DNA from: Opitutales bacterium
GTDB taxonomy: Bacteria > Verrucomicrobiota > Verrucomicrobiia > Opitutales > JABSRG01
DNA: 64,000 bases
Direction: 5' to 3'
Assembly: GCA_028280845.1 (NCBI GenBank)
Contig: JANQKZ010000032.1
Span: forward strand, 74,490 to 138,489
Each line of letters starts with the position of its first letter. Position 1 is the first letter of the stretch. The notes beneath the pieces were generated by a model, which worked only from the letters and a program-made list of their open reading frames with translations, was not told where the DNA came from and ran no database searches. Below, piece by piece: positions 19,697 to 29,271 of this stretch. The position numbers and the translations under genes were made by a program.

Positions 19697-20875
19697 ATGA
19701 GACCTTTCGCTTATTCGACATTAATTTTGATCGCAGCCTACATGGTCCCGCCACCCTTGGTGGGTCAACGGCCACCCTCAGTCTCCCCGGAAGAGGAACC
19801 CACACTCCAGGATTCTATCTTTTTTGGCATTCAAATCATCGCCATTCTTGAGGAAAAGGAGTTCCCGGTCATCCATTATGAAAACGATACGCCTTTTGTC
19901 CAAGTAGCGGGGAAACGAGTTCCTACTCCCCCGAATGCCGTCTTCAAGTGGAAGCGGGCGATTAAACACAGCGAGAGCTTTCTCCCCGTCCTCACCTTGA
20001 AAGCGGAACCTCGATCCACCCGATTTAATGAACTGTCCGAATCCTATATCCAAGCCAACATGGACATGGACCGGCAGGCGACCATATCCGAGATGGCTCA
20101 ATCCGGCGAAGATCCCCGAATGCTCATGGGAGAGGGTGCTCATCGATATATGTCCGCCGAAGCCATGGGGCTGGTCGCTCAAGACAATATCGCTCAACTG
20201 GAAGAAACCCAACGGGAGATCGACCGTGAGCTGGATGAGAGCCTGAAGCAGTTTGATGCCCTGGGCATCGTCCTGGAAATGAAACCGGAGGAGCCGCTCG
20301 AAGACTGTTATTTGTTTGTCCGTGTGAAGTATCGCGAACAGGGAACCGGGCCCGAAGCTATTCAACAACTGGGTCGCTTTTTTGAATTGAAGGACCTCCA
20401 TCCCAATGACAGAAACCGGCATTTCATCGAAGTGACGGGATTACCCGAAGGACCCATCATCGAAGAAACCAACTATTTTTTCTTTTCCGGCGAAAAGGAG
20501 ATCCCGACCGATTTTTCCGAACAGCGCATGTTGCTGACCGAGGCGGAAGCCTTCGATTTCCTCTACGCCGATTTCATTTCCAACAGCGAAACCTCGACCC
20601 AAAGCCCCAGTCTGTTCAAATCCCTCTCACGGAGTGAAGCCCTTTCCCGGGTTTCGCCGGATACCATCTCCAAAGCAATCGTTTCCCTGGAGGTGGATCC
20701 CCTCGGTGAGGTGACTGTCCTCTCTGTCCAGGGGGTGCCTCCCTCCGACCAGGCCATCCTCACTTCCCTGGTTTCCACCCGGAAATTCTTCCCCGCCTTG
20801 AACACCGGTGTCCCTGTATCGGAGCAAATCGAGATCCCTTTCTCCAGCCTGCTCGAGCATTCTGCATCGAGGTAG
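19697..20875 (+). CDS. Hypothetical exported protein with TonB-C-like C-terminus; paralog of 55018-56202
   Basis: N-terminal hydrophobic segment; shares DCYLF, EIPT, AFDFLYAD with the paralog; ends RKFFPALNTGVPVSEQIEIPF. Confidence 0.7.
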   Translation: MRPFAYSTLILIAAYMVPPPLVGQRPPSVSPEEEPTLQDSIFFGIQIIAILEEKEFPVIHYENDTPFVQVAGKRVPTPPNAVFKWKRAIKHSESFLPVLTLKAEPRSTRFNELSESYIQANMDMDRQATISEMAQSGEDPRMLMGEGAHRYMSAEAMGLVAQDNIAQLEETQREIDRELDESLKQFDALGIVLEMKPEEPLEDCYLFVRVKYREQGTGPEAIQQLGRFFELKDLHPNDRNRHFIEVTGLPEGPIIEETNYFFFSGEKEIPTDFSEQRMLLTEAEAFDFLYADFISNSETSTQSPSLFKSLSRSEALSRVSPDTISKAIVSLEVDPLGEVTVLSVQGVPPSDQAILTSLVSTRKFFPALNTGVPVSEQIEIPFSSLLEHSASR

Positions 20876-20883
20876 AACCTGCT

Positions 20884-22644
20884 CTAGACGGATAGTTTAT
20901 CCTTTTTTTGCCTTAGCGTTCGCCTTGCATAGAAGAGCAAAATCGCTCCAAGGAAAAGCAGGAATCCCGCCACGCCTCCGATGGCTACCCGGCCCTCGAT
21001 CGGATTGGGAATGAACATGAGCAGGGCCACAAAACTACCATAGATGAGCGAAAACATCCCGAGGGCCTTGGCTTGAAATGCGGTATTGTCGCCTCCCACC
21101 TCCTGCTCAAAGTCCACCGGACGATCCAGGTCTTGGAAAAACTCCTTGGCCTCTTCCGTACCTCTCCGGTTGAACCCCATGGAGCCGAGACAGAAAAGCG
21201 AACATAGCGGCACATTGATCAGGAAAGACCAGGTGATGGGATGCGCCACGATGTATTCCACGTCCTCGGGACCCCAGAACCAACCCAGGATTTCTCGGCC
21301 CCATGAAGTATCCAGACCTCCAAAAATCAGCATGGAAACCGAGGTGCCCAGAATGATGGTAGCCACCGCCCCCCAACGCGGAATCCGGGAAAAAAACAAT
21401 CCCCAAAACACAGGAACCGCAATCGGCACGGTCAGGCGGGCATTCAGGTGCTGGTATAGATCGAAGAGAGAGATCTTCCCCCCCTGCACGATGTAAATTG
21501 AGGTGAAAATGACCAAACCCGAGAGGGCAACGGTGGCCCACTTTCCTGCCTGCAAAACATGGTGCTCGCTCATCTTCCTCTTGGAAAACAGGGGGACGTA
21601 GACACTCTTCACGAAATACCCGGCATTCCGGTTCAGGGAGTTCCCCAGCGAGGATACGGTAGAAGCAATAATTGCCGCCACCAGGAGACCGAGCATGCCA
21701 TCTGGAAGCAACTGCACCGCCACCGCAACATAGCTGGCTTCAGAAGGGATGGCTAAATGATCGTAGGCTTCCGCCAGCCCCGGAGAAAAGGCTTCCGCCA
21801 CCATCGGAACCAAATACCAGACGACCGGTAAAATGATATACCCGCAGAGCGGAATGAGGGCAGCCCGCCGGGCGTGTTTGGAGTCTTTCGCCGCAATATA
21901 ACGATGGGCCGTCGTCAGGTTATTCCGGGCAACAAGACTCATCAGAATGAAACCGAACACCCACCACAGGTCGTAGGTTTCACTTCGGGGCAAAATCGGG
22001 TTCCAGTGCCCCTCGGGGATTCTATCGAAAAATGCCCCGAAGCCTCCCAAATGGAACACCGCGAGAAGAAATACCGATATGCTCACCCCAACAATCAGAA
22101 CCAATTGAATAAAGTCACTGGCGATCAATCCCCACCTACCGCCATACCAAGCGAGGAAGGTCACCAGGACTCCGGTAAAGGTGATAACCCGGGTTTGAGA
22201 AACCGGAAACACACTGGCCAATACAATCGACAAGCCCACTATCCACACGGTCATGGTCACAATGCTGGCCAACAGGCTCAACCAAGTATAAAACTGCTCG
22301 ACCCCACGGCCGTAGCGTTTGCGTACCGCCAGCATAGCGGTCACCACCCTCAGCCGACGGAATTTGGAGGCAAACCAGCCATAGGCCAGGAGGTAGCCCA
22401 GCACATCGCTCAGGGGGATAATGAAGATGATGACCCCGTAGGTATAGGCAATATGCGCGGCTCCGGTAAAGGTCCAGGCGCTGAAGTTGGTGATGAACAT
22501 GCTGGTCCCCAGGAGCCACCAGACGACCTTGAACCCACCGGCAAAATACTCTCTGGAGTCTCGATTCAGCCGGTGGAAAACCACTCCAATGGCCAGGAGC
22601 AGCAAAAAATAGACCCCAATCGACAGATAGTCATAGTTACTCAT
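20884..22644 (-). CDS. Sodium:solute symporter (SSS family), probable sugar uptake
   Basis: EYFAGG, SAWTFTG, SDFIQ, LLPDGMLGLLVAAIIAST; many TM helices; 8-bp overlap with the LacI gene. Confidence 0.9.
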   Translation of the reverse strand: MSNYDYLSIGVYFLLLLAIGVVFHRLNRDSREYFAGGFKVVWWLLGTSMFITNFSAWTFTGAAHIAYTYGVIIFIIPLSDVLGYLLAYGWFASKFRRLRVVTAMLAVRKRYGRGVEQFYTWLSLLASIVTMTVWIVGLSIVLASVFPVSQTRVITFTGVLVTFLAWYGGRWGLIASDFIQLVLIVGVSISVFLLAVFHLGGFGAFFDRIPEGHWNPILPRSETYDLWWVFGFILMSLVARNNLTTAHRYIAAKDSKHARRAALIPLCGYIILPVVWYLVPMVAEAFSPGLAEAYDHLAIPSEASYVAVAVQLLPDGMLGLLVAAIIASTVSSLGNSLNRNAGYFVKSVYVPLFSKRKMSEHHVLQAGKWATVALSGLVIFTSIYIVQGGKISLFDLYQHLNARLTVPIAVPVFWGLFFSRIPRWGAVATIILGTSVSMLIFGGLDTSWGREILGWFWGPEDVEYIVAHPITWSFLINVPLCSLFCLGSMGFNRRGTEEAKEFFQDLDRPVDFEQEVGGDNTAFQAKALGMFSLIYGSFVALLMFIPNPIEGRVAIGGVAGFLLFLGAILLFYARRTLRQKKDKLSV

Positions 22645-23698
22645 TCCGTGACGGCAGGGAGGGCCCTTCGACCCATTTCCCCAATACTTTCAGCACATGT
22701 GGCTCTCGAGACAATCCCCGTTCCCCACGGTTGATTTTCCCCGCGATCAAATCCACCGTGGCCGCCCCAACCGACTCAAAGCGCTGGTCCACCCCGGCCA
22801 GATTCACACTGTCCGGATACCCCGGCAGCAGGTCCATCAATGCAAAACTGACGTCTTCCGGAAAACGGATCTCCAGCTCACCCATGAGTTGCATGAAGTA
22901 ACGCTCTCCTAAGATAGCCTCCGGCCGATTTTTCTTCATCCAACGCTCCAGGCCACGATGCTCATTTTCCCCGATTTCAAACTCAAAAGCAGGCAGAACC
23001 GGGAGATGGGGATTATTCCGTTGAAATATCATATAGGCCGCCAGCCACCTCCCCTCACTACGGTCATTGATCCACTTGCGGGCTCCAAACCCGATGCGCT
23101 CGTAACCCTGCTTTTTGATCTCTTCCAGGGCCAAAAGCGCCGAGCCGAAGTGCGACATCACGGCCCGGTCCGCATTCTTCGCCTTGGTCACGGAAAAGCC
23201 AATGCCAGCCACAAAAAATTTATTCCAATCGAGATCGTATTCGTAATGCTCTGGGTGCTGGCGACTATCAATGCTCGGAATGAGGACGGCCTGGATACCG
23301 CGTTGATACAAGATCTGGGACAGCCGCTTGTAGGAATGGCCGCAATCCTGAACCATGAAATCCTCGACCTGGAAGCCCAACCGCGCAGCCCGCTGCTCCA
23401 CGCCCCGCCGATATAGTTTATGCGCATAGTGGCCCGTACCCCACTTGATCTCCTGAAAGGGTGGCGGTACGATGGCCAATACGGTCCGGTCCTCTTTGAC
23501 GCGCCGCTGGCGGACACTCGACATCAACGCAGTGACCATCGGATTCGACTGATAACCCAGTTCCACCGCCAGCTTCTGGATGCGGTCCCGCGTGGCCTGT
23601 GAGACATCCGGGGCATTATTCAGCGCACGCGAAACCGTGGTCCGTGATACTCCAGCATGAGTGGCCAATTCGCGAATGGTCATAGCGTAGGGTGCCAT
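22637..23698 (-). CDS. LacI family transcriptional regulator
   Basis: TIRELATHAGVSRTTVSRALN HTH, LGYQSNP hinge, C-terminal WVEGPSL; start 23698 or 23683. Confidence 0.92.
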   Translation of the reverse strand: MAPYAMTIRELATHAGVSRTTVSRALNNAPDVSQATRDRIQKLAVELGYQSNPMVTALMSSVRQRRVKEDRTVLAIVPPPFQEIKWGTGHYAHKLYRRGVEQRAARLGFQVEDFMVQDCGHSYKRLSQILYQRGIQAVLIPSIDSRQHPEHYEYDLDWNKFFVAGIGFSVTKAKNADRAVMSHFGSALLALEEIKKQGYERIGFGARKWINDRSEGRWLAAYMIFQRNNPHLPVLPAFEFEIGENEHRGLERWMKKNRPEAILGERYFMQLMGELEIRFPEDVSFALMDLLPGYPDSVNLAGVDQRFESVGAATVDLIAGKINRGERGLSREPHVLKVLGKWVEGPSLPSRNE

Positions 23699-23761
23699 TG
23701 TGAAAGCCCTTATTTCATTATGCAATCTTGCTTACCCGTAAAGCTGCCGGACCAAATAGGT

Positions 23762-23886
23762 GCAGGCCCCGGCCAACCCTCCAGGCAGGGAGACGCCATC
23801 TGGAGGCATCGCTCTTCCTGAAGGGAGACCCCATGGCCTGCCTCATTACAGGTAGACCGGGGACTGGCCCCTCGGCGAGCCCCCGG
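23762..23886 (-). terminator. Two GC-rich hairpins downstream of the TBDR (terminator or mRNA stabiliser)
   Basis: Long imperfect stem GCAGGCC (23762) to GGCCTGC (23841); second stem CCGGGG (23857) to CCCCGG (23886); no clear U-tract. Confidence 0.45.
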
Positions 23887-23910
23887 CTTGGTTACTGAAC
23901 ACTGCTACCC

Positions 23911-26883
23911 CTAAAAGCGTACTCTGGCGGACAATTCCCAACTCGACGGGGTAATATTCCGCACCCGAAGGGTCTCTTCACCGGTGAACTGATCCACAAA
24001 TCCGCTGAAGGGTTTGTAACCATCCCGGTTCGACCAATCGGTGATGTTCCGGAAGCGCAGCGTAAAGTCGGTCTCCTGCTCAAAGATCCTCGTGGCGTAG
24101 AGGAAGGTCAGATTCATCGGATGAGTCGATCCGCCGTACCATAACACCCCATCGTTGGTAGACATGAGATAATCATCACTGATTTTTCCATCGAGCAGGA
24201 CTCTCAGCCCATCGGCGAAACTCTCTTCCGGGAATTCGTAGTCCACCACATAGCTGAACCGCCACGGGCGGGCCCGCGTCCCGGTGATCAGGCCGGAGCC
24301 CTGATTGAACTCGAGCACGTTCTGGGCGTCTTCCAGGTATTCCCGAAGATCCTCTTCAAACCCGGGCAGCTCATCGGGATCATAGTTGGGATCGTTGGGC
24401 CAGTTCGCCTCAATGATGGGCGCGCGAGCCGCTGCCCGTGCTTCAGCCAACTCGACCTGAGCCGCGTAATCGGAAAAGTCGCGCTCACTTTCTATGTCGA
24501 CATAAGCCAGGGCCAAGCGGGCACGAAAGCCCCCGATGCGTTGCGTACTCATAGTGAATTCAAAGCCCTTCGACGTTTCATCGGCCGTTACCTGACGGTG
24601 TTCCTGATTGAGGCCGCGGGCGATCTCCACAAAGCCGGGATCCCCCGGTTCTGCTGGCATGTAGGTCATCGTTCCATCCTGATCGATCAGGATCTCTCCA
24701 TCATTGAACAGCATTTCCAGCTCACTGGCGTTGTTACTCGTACTGAACCGAAAGGCGACATTCTCCCGGTCCACCTGGAACACGGCTGCCGTAGCTACGA
24801 TTCGACCGTCTAGAGCATCGCCCTTGACTCCGAATTCAATAGTTTTGCCCTTTTGCGGGCCCAGCACGCGGCCAAGGAAGTCTTCGGTACCCTGCCACCG
24901 GAAGGAGGTGGAATAGTTGCCGTAGACATTGAGATTATTCAACACTCCATAGGAAAGCCCAAGGGAATAAGTGGTATCGCTTTGATCAAACTCGGGCAGA
25001 TACTCGTATTGGTCCGGAGCTTCTTCCGGGCTGCCCAGGTAGACATCCTGACCCCACCAGGCCAGCTCACCATATTCGGCTACCAGCTCTTCCCGGCTTC
25101 CGGTTGGCAGGATATAGCGCTTCAGGTTAAACGCATCATAGCGCACCCCTAAAAGAGAAACCAGTCTCCCTCCGAAATAGGAACCCGAGGAGGAGAGGGA
25201 GGCGGACTGGGTAAACCGCTTATCCGTGTAGGGCTTGTTCGACGTCGTATACGCCACCCACAGGGGCTCAATCACACCAGGGACATTTGGAAGAAGATCG
25301 GGAGCCAGGCTCGCCGTCAGCTCCGGGTTCCGCAGATCAGGAACCGGATTATCCGCATCGAAATATACCCGGGTCCGCAGGCGGTGACTCCCTTCCAGGT
25401 CTTCGGTCACATCATACTCCCCCGTGTCGGGGTCGAACGCTTTGGCTCGATTGACCAGACGAAAACGGAAACTGGTCGCCAGGTCATCCATGTAGGACCA
25501 GGTCCCCACCAGGAATTGTTCAAACCATGGGGTTTTCAAAGGATAAGCCGCCGTGAAACGCACATTATTCAATTTATTTCCGAACTCTTTCCGATCGATA
25601 TCGGTATCCAGATAGTAGCGTCCATCAGAGTCCATGCTCATGGTCGTTCCATAACTGCCATCGTTCCGAATCTGCGACTGGGTCTGCCGATTGACAGAAG
25701 CTTCCAGGAACAGGTCTCCAATCCGTTGCTCCACCCAAATGGAGTAGTTCTCCACCGGCCGGTCAACGAAGTCCTGGGTACCCCGCGTGTTGACCTGGAT
25801 GGGGATGGGACCGGCAGTGAACTTCGGGTCGCCGGAGGAGCGGTCCCTGACCACCTGGGTCAGGTTCTTGGCCAGGGACAGGTCGTCGCCGGTCGCCCCA
25901 TTGCGACGGTCATTTGAATCGATCGTGAAGGGAGGCAGGAATCCGCCCTGCCCGTCCGGCTCGTAAAAGAGGCGCGTCCGGGGATCATAAAACTCTCCAA
26001 AACTGGTATAGACCTGGCGGCTGGATGAAGAAAAGCCCCGTCCCAAAGCAGCGCGCTGATTGACTTGGATCTGGGTATTGCCCCGTTGCCGTTCGAACTC
26101 GAGCTTCTCATATTCCGCCCGGATGATGGTGTTCTTAAACGGTTTGTAGGTGGCAGCAAGGTGGTAGCCAAATAATTCATCTGTCGCAAAATCAATATAG
26201 GGACGCTGGTTGCGCTGCACCATATTGAACCGGACATAAAAATTGTCTGTGATCTTCCGATTCACATCTAAGGTAAACCGATAGGCATCATAGCTGCCAT
26301 AGGAGGCTCGGATCGCCCCAAAGTTCCGGTTCTGGGCCCGCTTGGTGTAAACCGTGGCCAACCCGCCCGGAGAGGTATCCCCGAACATCAGAGAGTTGGA
26401 CCCCTTGTTAAAGTCGATCCGCTCTACGTTGTAAGTATCCGTGCGTGGATACCAGGTGAAGAAGTTCCGGGAAGACGCTGCGTTCTCACGCCCGCCCAGT
26501 CCCATGCCGCGATAGGAGGTGCGGTTGTCATCATTGGTGCTATCCACTTGAGGTGCGGTCTCCAGCCCGGCAATGAAGTTGGAGGCTTCGTCCAGGTCAT
26601 ACGCGCCGACATCATCCAAAAACTCAGGGGTCACGGCGTCGATGCTCAGCGGCATGTCCCGAATCGACTGACGCGTCCGCGTTCCAATGAGCGTCGTTCC
26701 GGCTGACCAGCCATCATCGTCGCGCGCTACGATTTCAAAGGGAGACAGTTCTTCTACCTCTGCTGGGGCTTCTTCCTCCTGCTCCTCTGTCTGAGCATGA
26801 AGGGGAAGGGTGAGGGGTAGAAACATCAAGGAAATAAGGTATGCGAAAACATACCTTGCCAGGGGAAGGGGTAGATCTTTCAT
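23911..26883 (-). CDS. TonB-dependent receptor (Opitutae type)
   Basis: Signal peptide, EELSPFEIV, plug (TLIGTR..DMPLSI; DTYNVERIDFNKGSNSLMFG), terminal beta-strand WELSARVRF. Confidence 0.92.
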   Translation of the reverse strand: MKDLPLPLARYVFAYLISLMFLPLTLPLHAQTEEQEEEAPAEVEELSPFEIVARDDDGWSAGTTLIGTRTRQSIRDMPLSIDAVTPEFLDDVGAYDLDEASNFIAGLETAPQVDSTNDDNRTSYRGMGLGGRENAASSRNFFTWYPRTDTYNVERIDFNKGSNSLMFGDTSPGGLATVYTKRAQNRNFGAIRASYGSYDAYRFTLDVNRKITDNFYVRFNMVQRNQRPYIDFATDELFGYHLAATYKPFKNTIIRAEYEKLEFERQRGNTQIQVNQRAALGRGFSSSSRQVYTSFGEFYDPRTRLFYEPDGQGGFLPPFTIDSNDRRNGATGDDLSLAKNLTQVVRDRSSGDPKFTAGPIPIQVNTRGTQDFVDRPVENYSIWVEQRIGDLFLEASVNRQTQSQIRNDGSYGTTMSMDSDGRYYLDTDIDRKEFGNKLNNVRFTAAYPLKTPWFEQFLVGTWSYMDDLATSFRFRLVNRAKAFDPDTGEYDVTEDLEGSHRLRTRVYFDADNPVPDLRNPELTASLAPDLLPNVPGVIEPLWVAYTTSNKPYTDKRFTQSASLSSSGSYFGGRLVSLLGVRYDAFNLKRYILPTGSREELVAEYGELAWWGQDVYLGSPEEAPDQYEYLPEFDQSDTTYSLGLSYGVLNNLNVYGNYSTSFRWQGTEDFLGRVLGPQKGKTIEFGVKGDALDGRIVATAAVFQVDRENVAFRFSTSNNASELEMLFNDGEILIDQDGTMTYMPAEPGDPGFVEIARGLNQEHRQVTADETSKGFEFTMSTQRIGGFRARLALAYVDIESERDFSDYAAQVELAEARAAARAPIIEANWPNDPNYDPDELPGFEEDLREYLEDAQNVLEFNQGSGLITGTRARPWRFSYVVDYEFPEESFADGLRVLLDGKISDDYLMSTNDGVLWYGGSTHPMNLTFLYATRIFEQETDFTLRFRNITDWSNRDGYKPFSGFVDQFTGEETLRVRNITPSSWELSARVRF

Positions 26884-26965
26884 CTTAGTTTCTAGTTTGG
26901 GTACAGGGGGTAAATTCCGCTTTTATTGTGCGTTTCCCCCTTTTGAAATAGCAATATCGAGGTCC

Positions 26966-26979
26966 CGTGACACGTCACG
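26966..26979. promoter_or_regulatory. Palindromic operator copy 2 (CGTGACACGTCACG)
   Basis: Perfect CGTGAC-N2-GTCACG, about 80 bp upstream of the TBDR start. Confidence 0.7.
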
Positions 26980-27027
26980 AAAACCAGCAAAACCGACCCC
27001 TTCTGCTACAAATTGAAAAGAACCTAT

Positions 27028-27639
27028 TCAGCCTTCAGTTAGGCTCGAGCCCAGGAGTGGAGCCACTCGGGAATCGATCGCCTGATCCAGCAGGTCGTCC
27101 GCCGGCGAATTCCCATCAAGGCTCTTCCCCATCACGCGCAAAAGGAAAAGCCGGAGCTGATCCATATGGTAACGGTACAGGTTGATAGGCGAAAACTCGA
27201 TGGGACCATAAAGGACGCGGCCTGCCTCCAACGCCGCTCGCCGGGACTGGTTCACGGACCGGCAAAATGCTGAAAAATCTGGAAAGGGAAGGCCCTCTCC
27301 CACCCCATGTTCCTCAGCCAGGGCCTGGAGGGCCCGAGCCCTCAGGACTGACTCAAGGAGTTGGGCTTCCAGCATCTCACGGGGAACCTGGCCACTGATT
27401 GCTTCATCCCAGAGATCTCCACGCAGGGCCACCCCATGGGTAGCCTTGAAGTAGATAAAGACCTTGGATTCAATGTCCGGTCGGTGCAGGTCGAACTCCT
27501 CTCGATAGACAGGCTCATCTTCGAACCAGGTCAGGATGTCCTCGGGGGCAGGTTTACCGTACGTTCCAATCCAACAGAGGGCTATGCCACCCAGAAACCA
27601 AACCGGCAGGGGGAAGAGATGCTTAGAAACGGGTTTCAT
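27028..27639 (-). CDS. Helical SurA-N-like protein, putative LnbY-type partner of the upstream GH136-like enzyme
   Basis: Signal/TM segment, EDEPVYREEF, RRAALEAGRVLYGP; overlaps the 3' end of the beta-helix gene by 17 bp. Confidence 0.55.
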   Translation of the reverse strand: MKPVSKHLFPLPVWFLGGIALCWIGTYGKPAPEDILTWFEDEPVYREEFDLHRPDIESKVFIYFKATHGVALRGDLWDEAISGQVPREMLEAQLLESVLRARALQALAEEHGVGEGLPFPDFSAFCRSVNQSRRAALEAGRVLYGPIEFSPINLYRYHMDQLRLFLLRVMGKSLDGNSPADDLLDQAIDSRVAPLLGSSLTEG

Positions 27640-29164
27640 GCACTCCAATATCCGGAGCCTTCCCGACCGGCACCGGGTTGCCCCAGAAATCACGGGACAC
27701 TCCTTCAATCAGGACACCGGCATCGATACCGGGTGACCCAGGTTTCAGACGGTATCCGCTGAGGCGATCCGGGTCTGCCATATCAATCCGGGTCCCCCCC
27801 TTGCCGGGATCAACAAACAGGGGATCGTCCGTCACGGCTCCCGGATCACCACCCTCTCCGGGCCAAACCGGAATATTAAAATAGACATTGTTTTCAAATT
27901 TCAGGCCCTTGCCCAGGGTGGCGCTCGGCCCCCAAGCCCCCGACCCCTCAAAATAAAAAATATTATTGGAGAAGGTCGTCTCAATCATCTCCCGGTCTTC
28001 GGCATTAAAGAGGACATGCTCCAGGTCGGCGGAGATATAGTGGGCATTGTTGTAGATGTGGACGTCCTCCACCTTATTGGCATTGCGGAAGCCATAAAAA
28101 TACAGGCCATGGGTTTCGTTCTGGGAGATATTATAGCGGATCACGACCCCCTTATTGTACCGCCGCATGATCCCCATGAACCAATGGTTATCATGACTGT
28201 AGTTGTATTGAAAGGTCGTGTTGCTGGCATCCCAATCCGCATCAAATCCACCGCGGTCGATTCCCCCCTCCCCAATGTTTCCATAGGCCTCGTTGTTTTG
28301 AATGATAATCCCGTCCGTCGTGAAGTTAAAGATGGAGTGGCCCGTCGAATACCGGCTGCTGTTGGCCAGGACGTTGTACTCGTAGATCGCATCCTTACTG
28401 ACTCGGGCGATCACACAATTCCTCCCGGTATCGGTCACAAAGTTGCCCGCCACGTATACGTTCGTCCACAGGTATTCCAACTGATTCTCCTCAATCCGGG
28501 GGAAGGTGGAGGCGTTGCCGATGCCGACACCGCCTACCCTGGCCACGGTGTTGTTCAGGATTCGCAAGTTGTCGATGCGCACGGGAGTATCCCCATAGGT
28601 GTGGACATGGATTCCCCCTTTCAGCTTACCCTCGACCTTGCCATTCACACTGTGAACATAACAGTCCTCAATCAGGTACCCACTCATGACTTCCTTCATG
28701 GGATCATCAATCAGGATATAAATTCCCTTGAGATCCCCCTGCTCGCCTTCCGACCCATCGGTATTGGTCACCTCCAGCCCCCGGACTTCCCAGTACTCGA
28801 CATTGTGGAGGAAAACCGCAGCCTGGTTTTCACCGCCCATACCATGAATGACCGGTCTCGGACCTTCCCCATAACTGCCCAATCGGATGCGTGCTTCCGC
28901 GGTCCCGCTCCCCTTGGGAGCAAACATGCCGGTAAAGACTTCCCCTCGCTTGAAGAGGATGGTATCCCCCGGCTCAAAGTGCTGGGCGCGCAGTGCATCG
29001 AAATCCTCTTGGTCACCAATCCAATAGACAGTCCCTGTTGCGTTCAGCAAGGTGGGTTGAACCGGTGTGAAAACAACCAAACCGGCTGAAACAACCAAGA
29101 GTCTGGTGATGTTTTCCAAGCGGGCAGTTACTGCTCGGGATAGTAGGTAGTGTGGGAACTTCAT
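27623..29164 (-). CDS. Right-handed beta-helix glycosidase, GH136 (lacto-N-biosidase LnbX)-like
   Basis: PGDTILFKRG..F.G...KGSG, LEVTN, YVHSVNG, and NNEAY..DRGGFDADW..TTFQYNYSHDN with the D-x6-D pattern. Confidence 0.7.
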   Translation of the reverse strand: MKFPHYLLSRAVTARLENITRLLVVSAGLVVFTPVQPTLLNATGTVYWIGDQEDFDALRAQHFEPGDTILFKRGEVFTGMFAPKGSGTAEARIRLGSYGEGPRPVIHGMGGENQAAVFLHNVEYWEVRGLEVTNTDGSEGEQGDLKGIYILIDDPMKEVMSGYLIEDCYVHSVNGKVEGKLKGGIHVHTYGDTPVRIDNLRILNNTVARVGGVGIGNASTFPRIEENQLEYLWTNVYVAGNFVTDTGRNCVIARVSKDAIYEYNVLANSSRYSTGHSIFNFTTDGIIIQNNEAYGNIGEGGIDRGGFDADWDASNTTFQYNYSHDNHWFMGIMRRYNKGVVIRYNISQNETHGLYFYGFRNANKVEDVHIYNNAHYISADLEHVLFNAEDREMIETTFSNNIFYFEGSGAWGPSATLGKGLKFENNVYFNIPVWPGEGGDPGAVTDDPLFVDPGKGGTRIDMADPDRLSGYRLKPGSPGIDAGVLIEGVSRDFWGNPVPVGKAPDIGVHETRF

Positions 29165-29271
29165 GGGGTATGGAATGGAAATTAAAGGTTCCTTTGCTCG
29201 ATGACAAAGAGATATAAGGTGGAGAATTCGGGTCCCCCTTGCTCGCTTTTGCAGGGTGGAAATACCATCGT

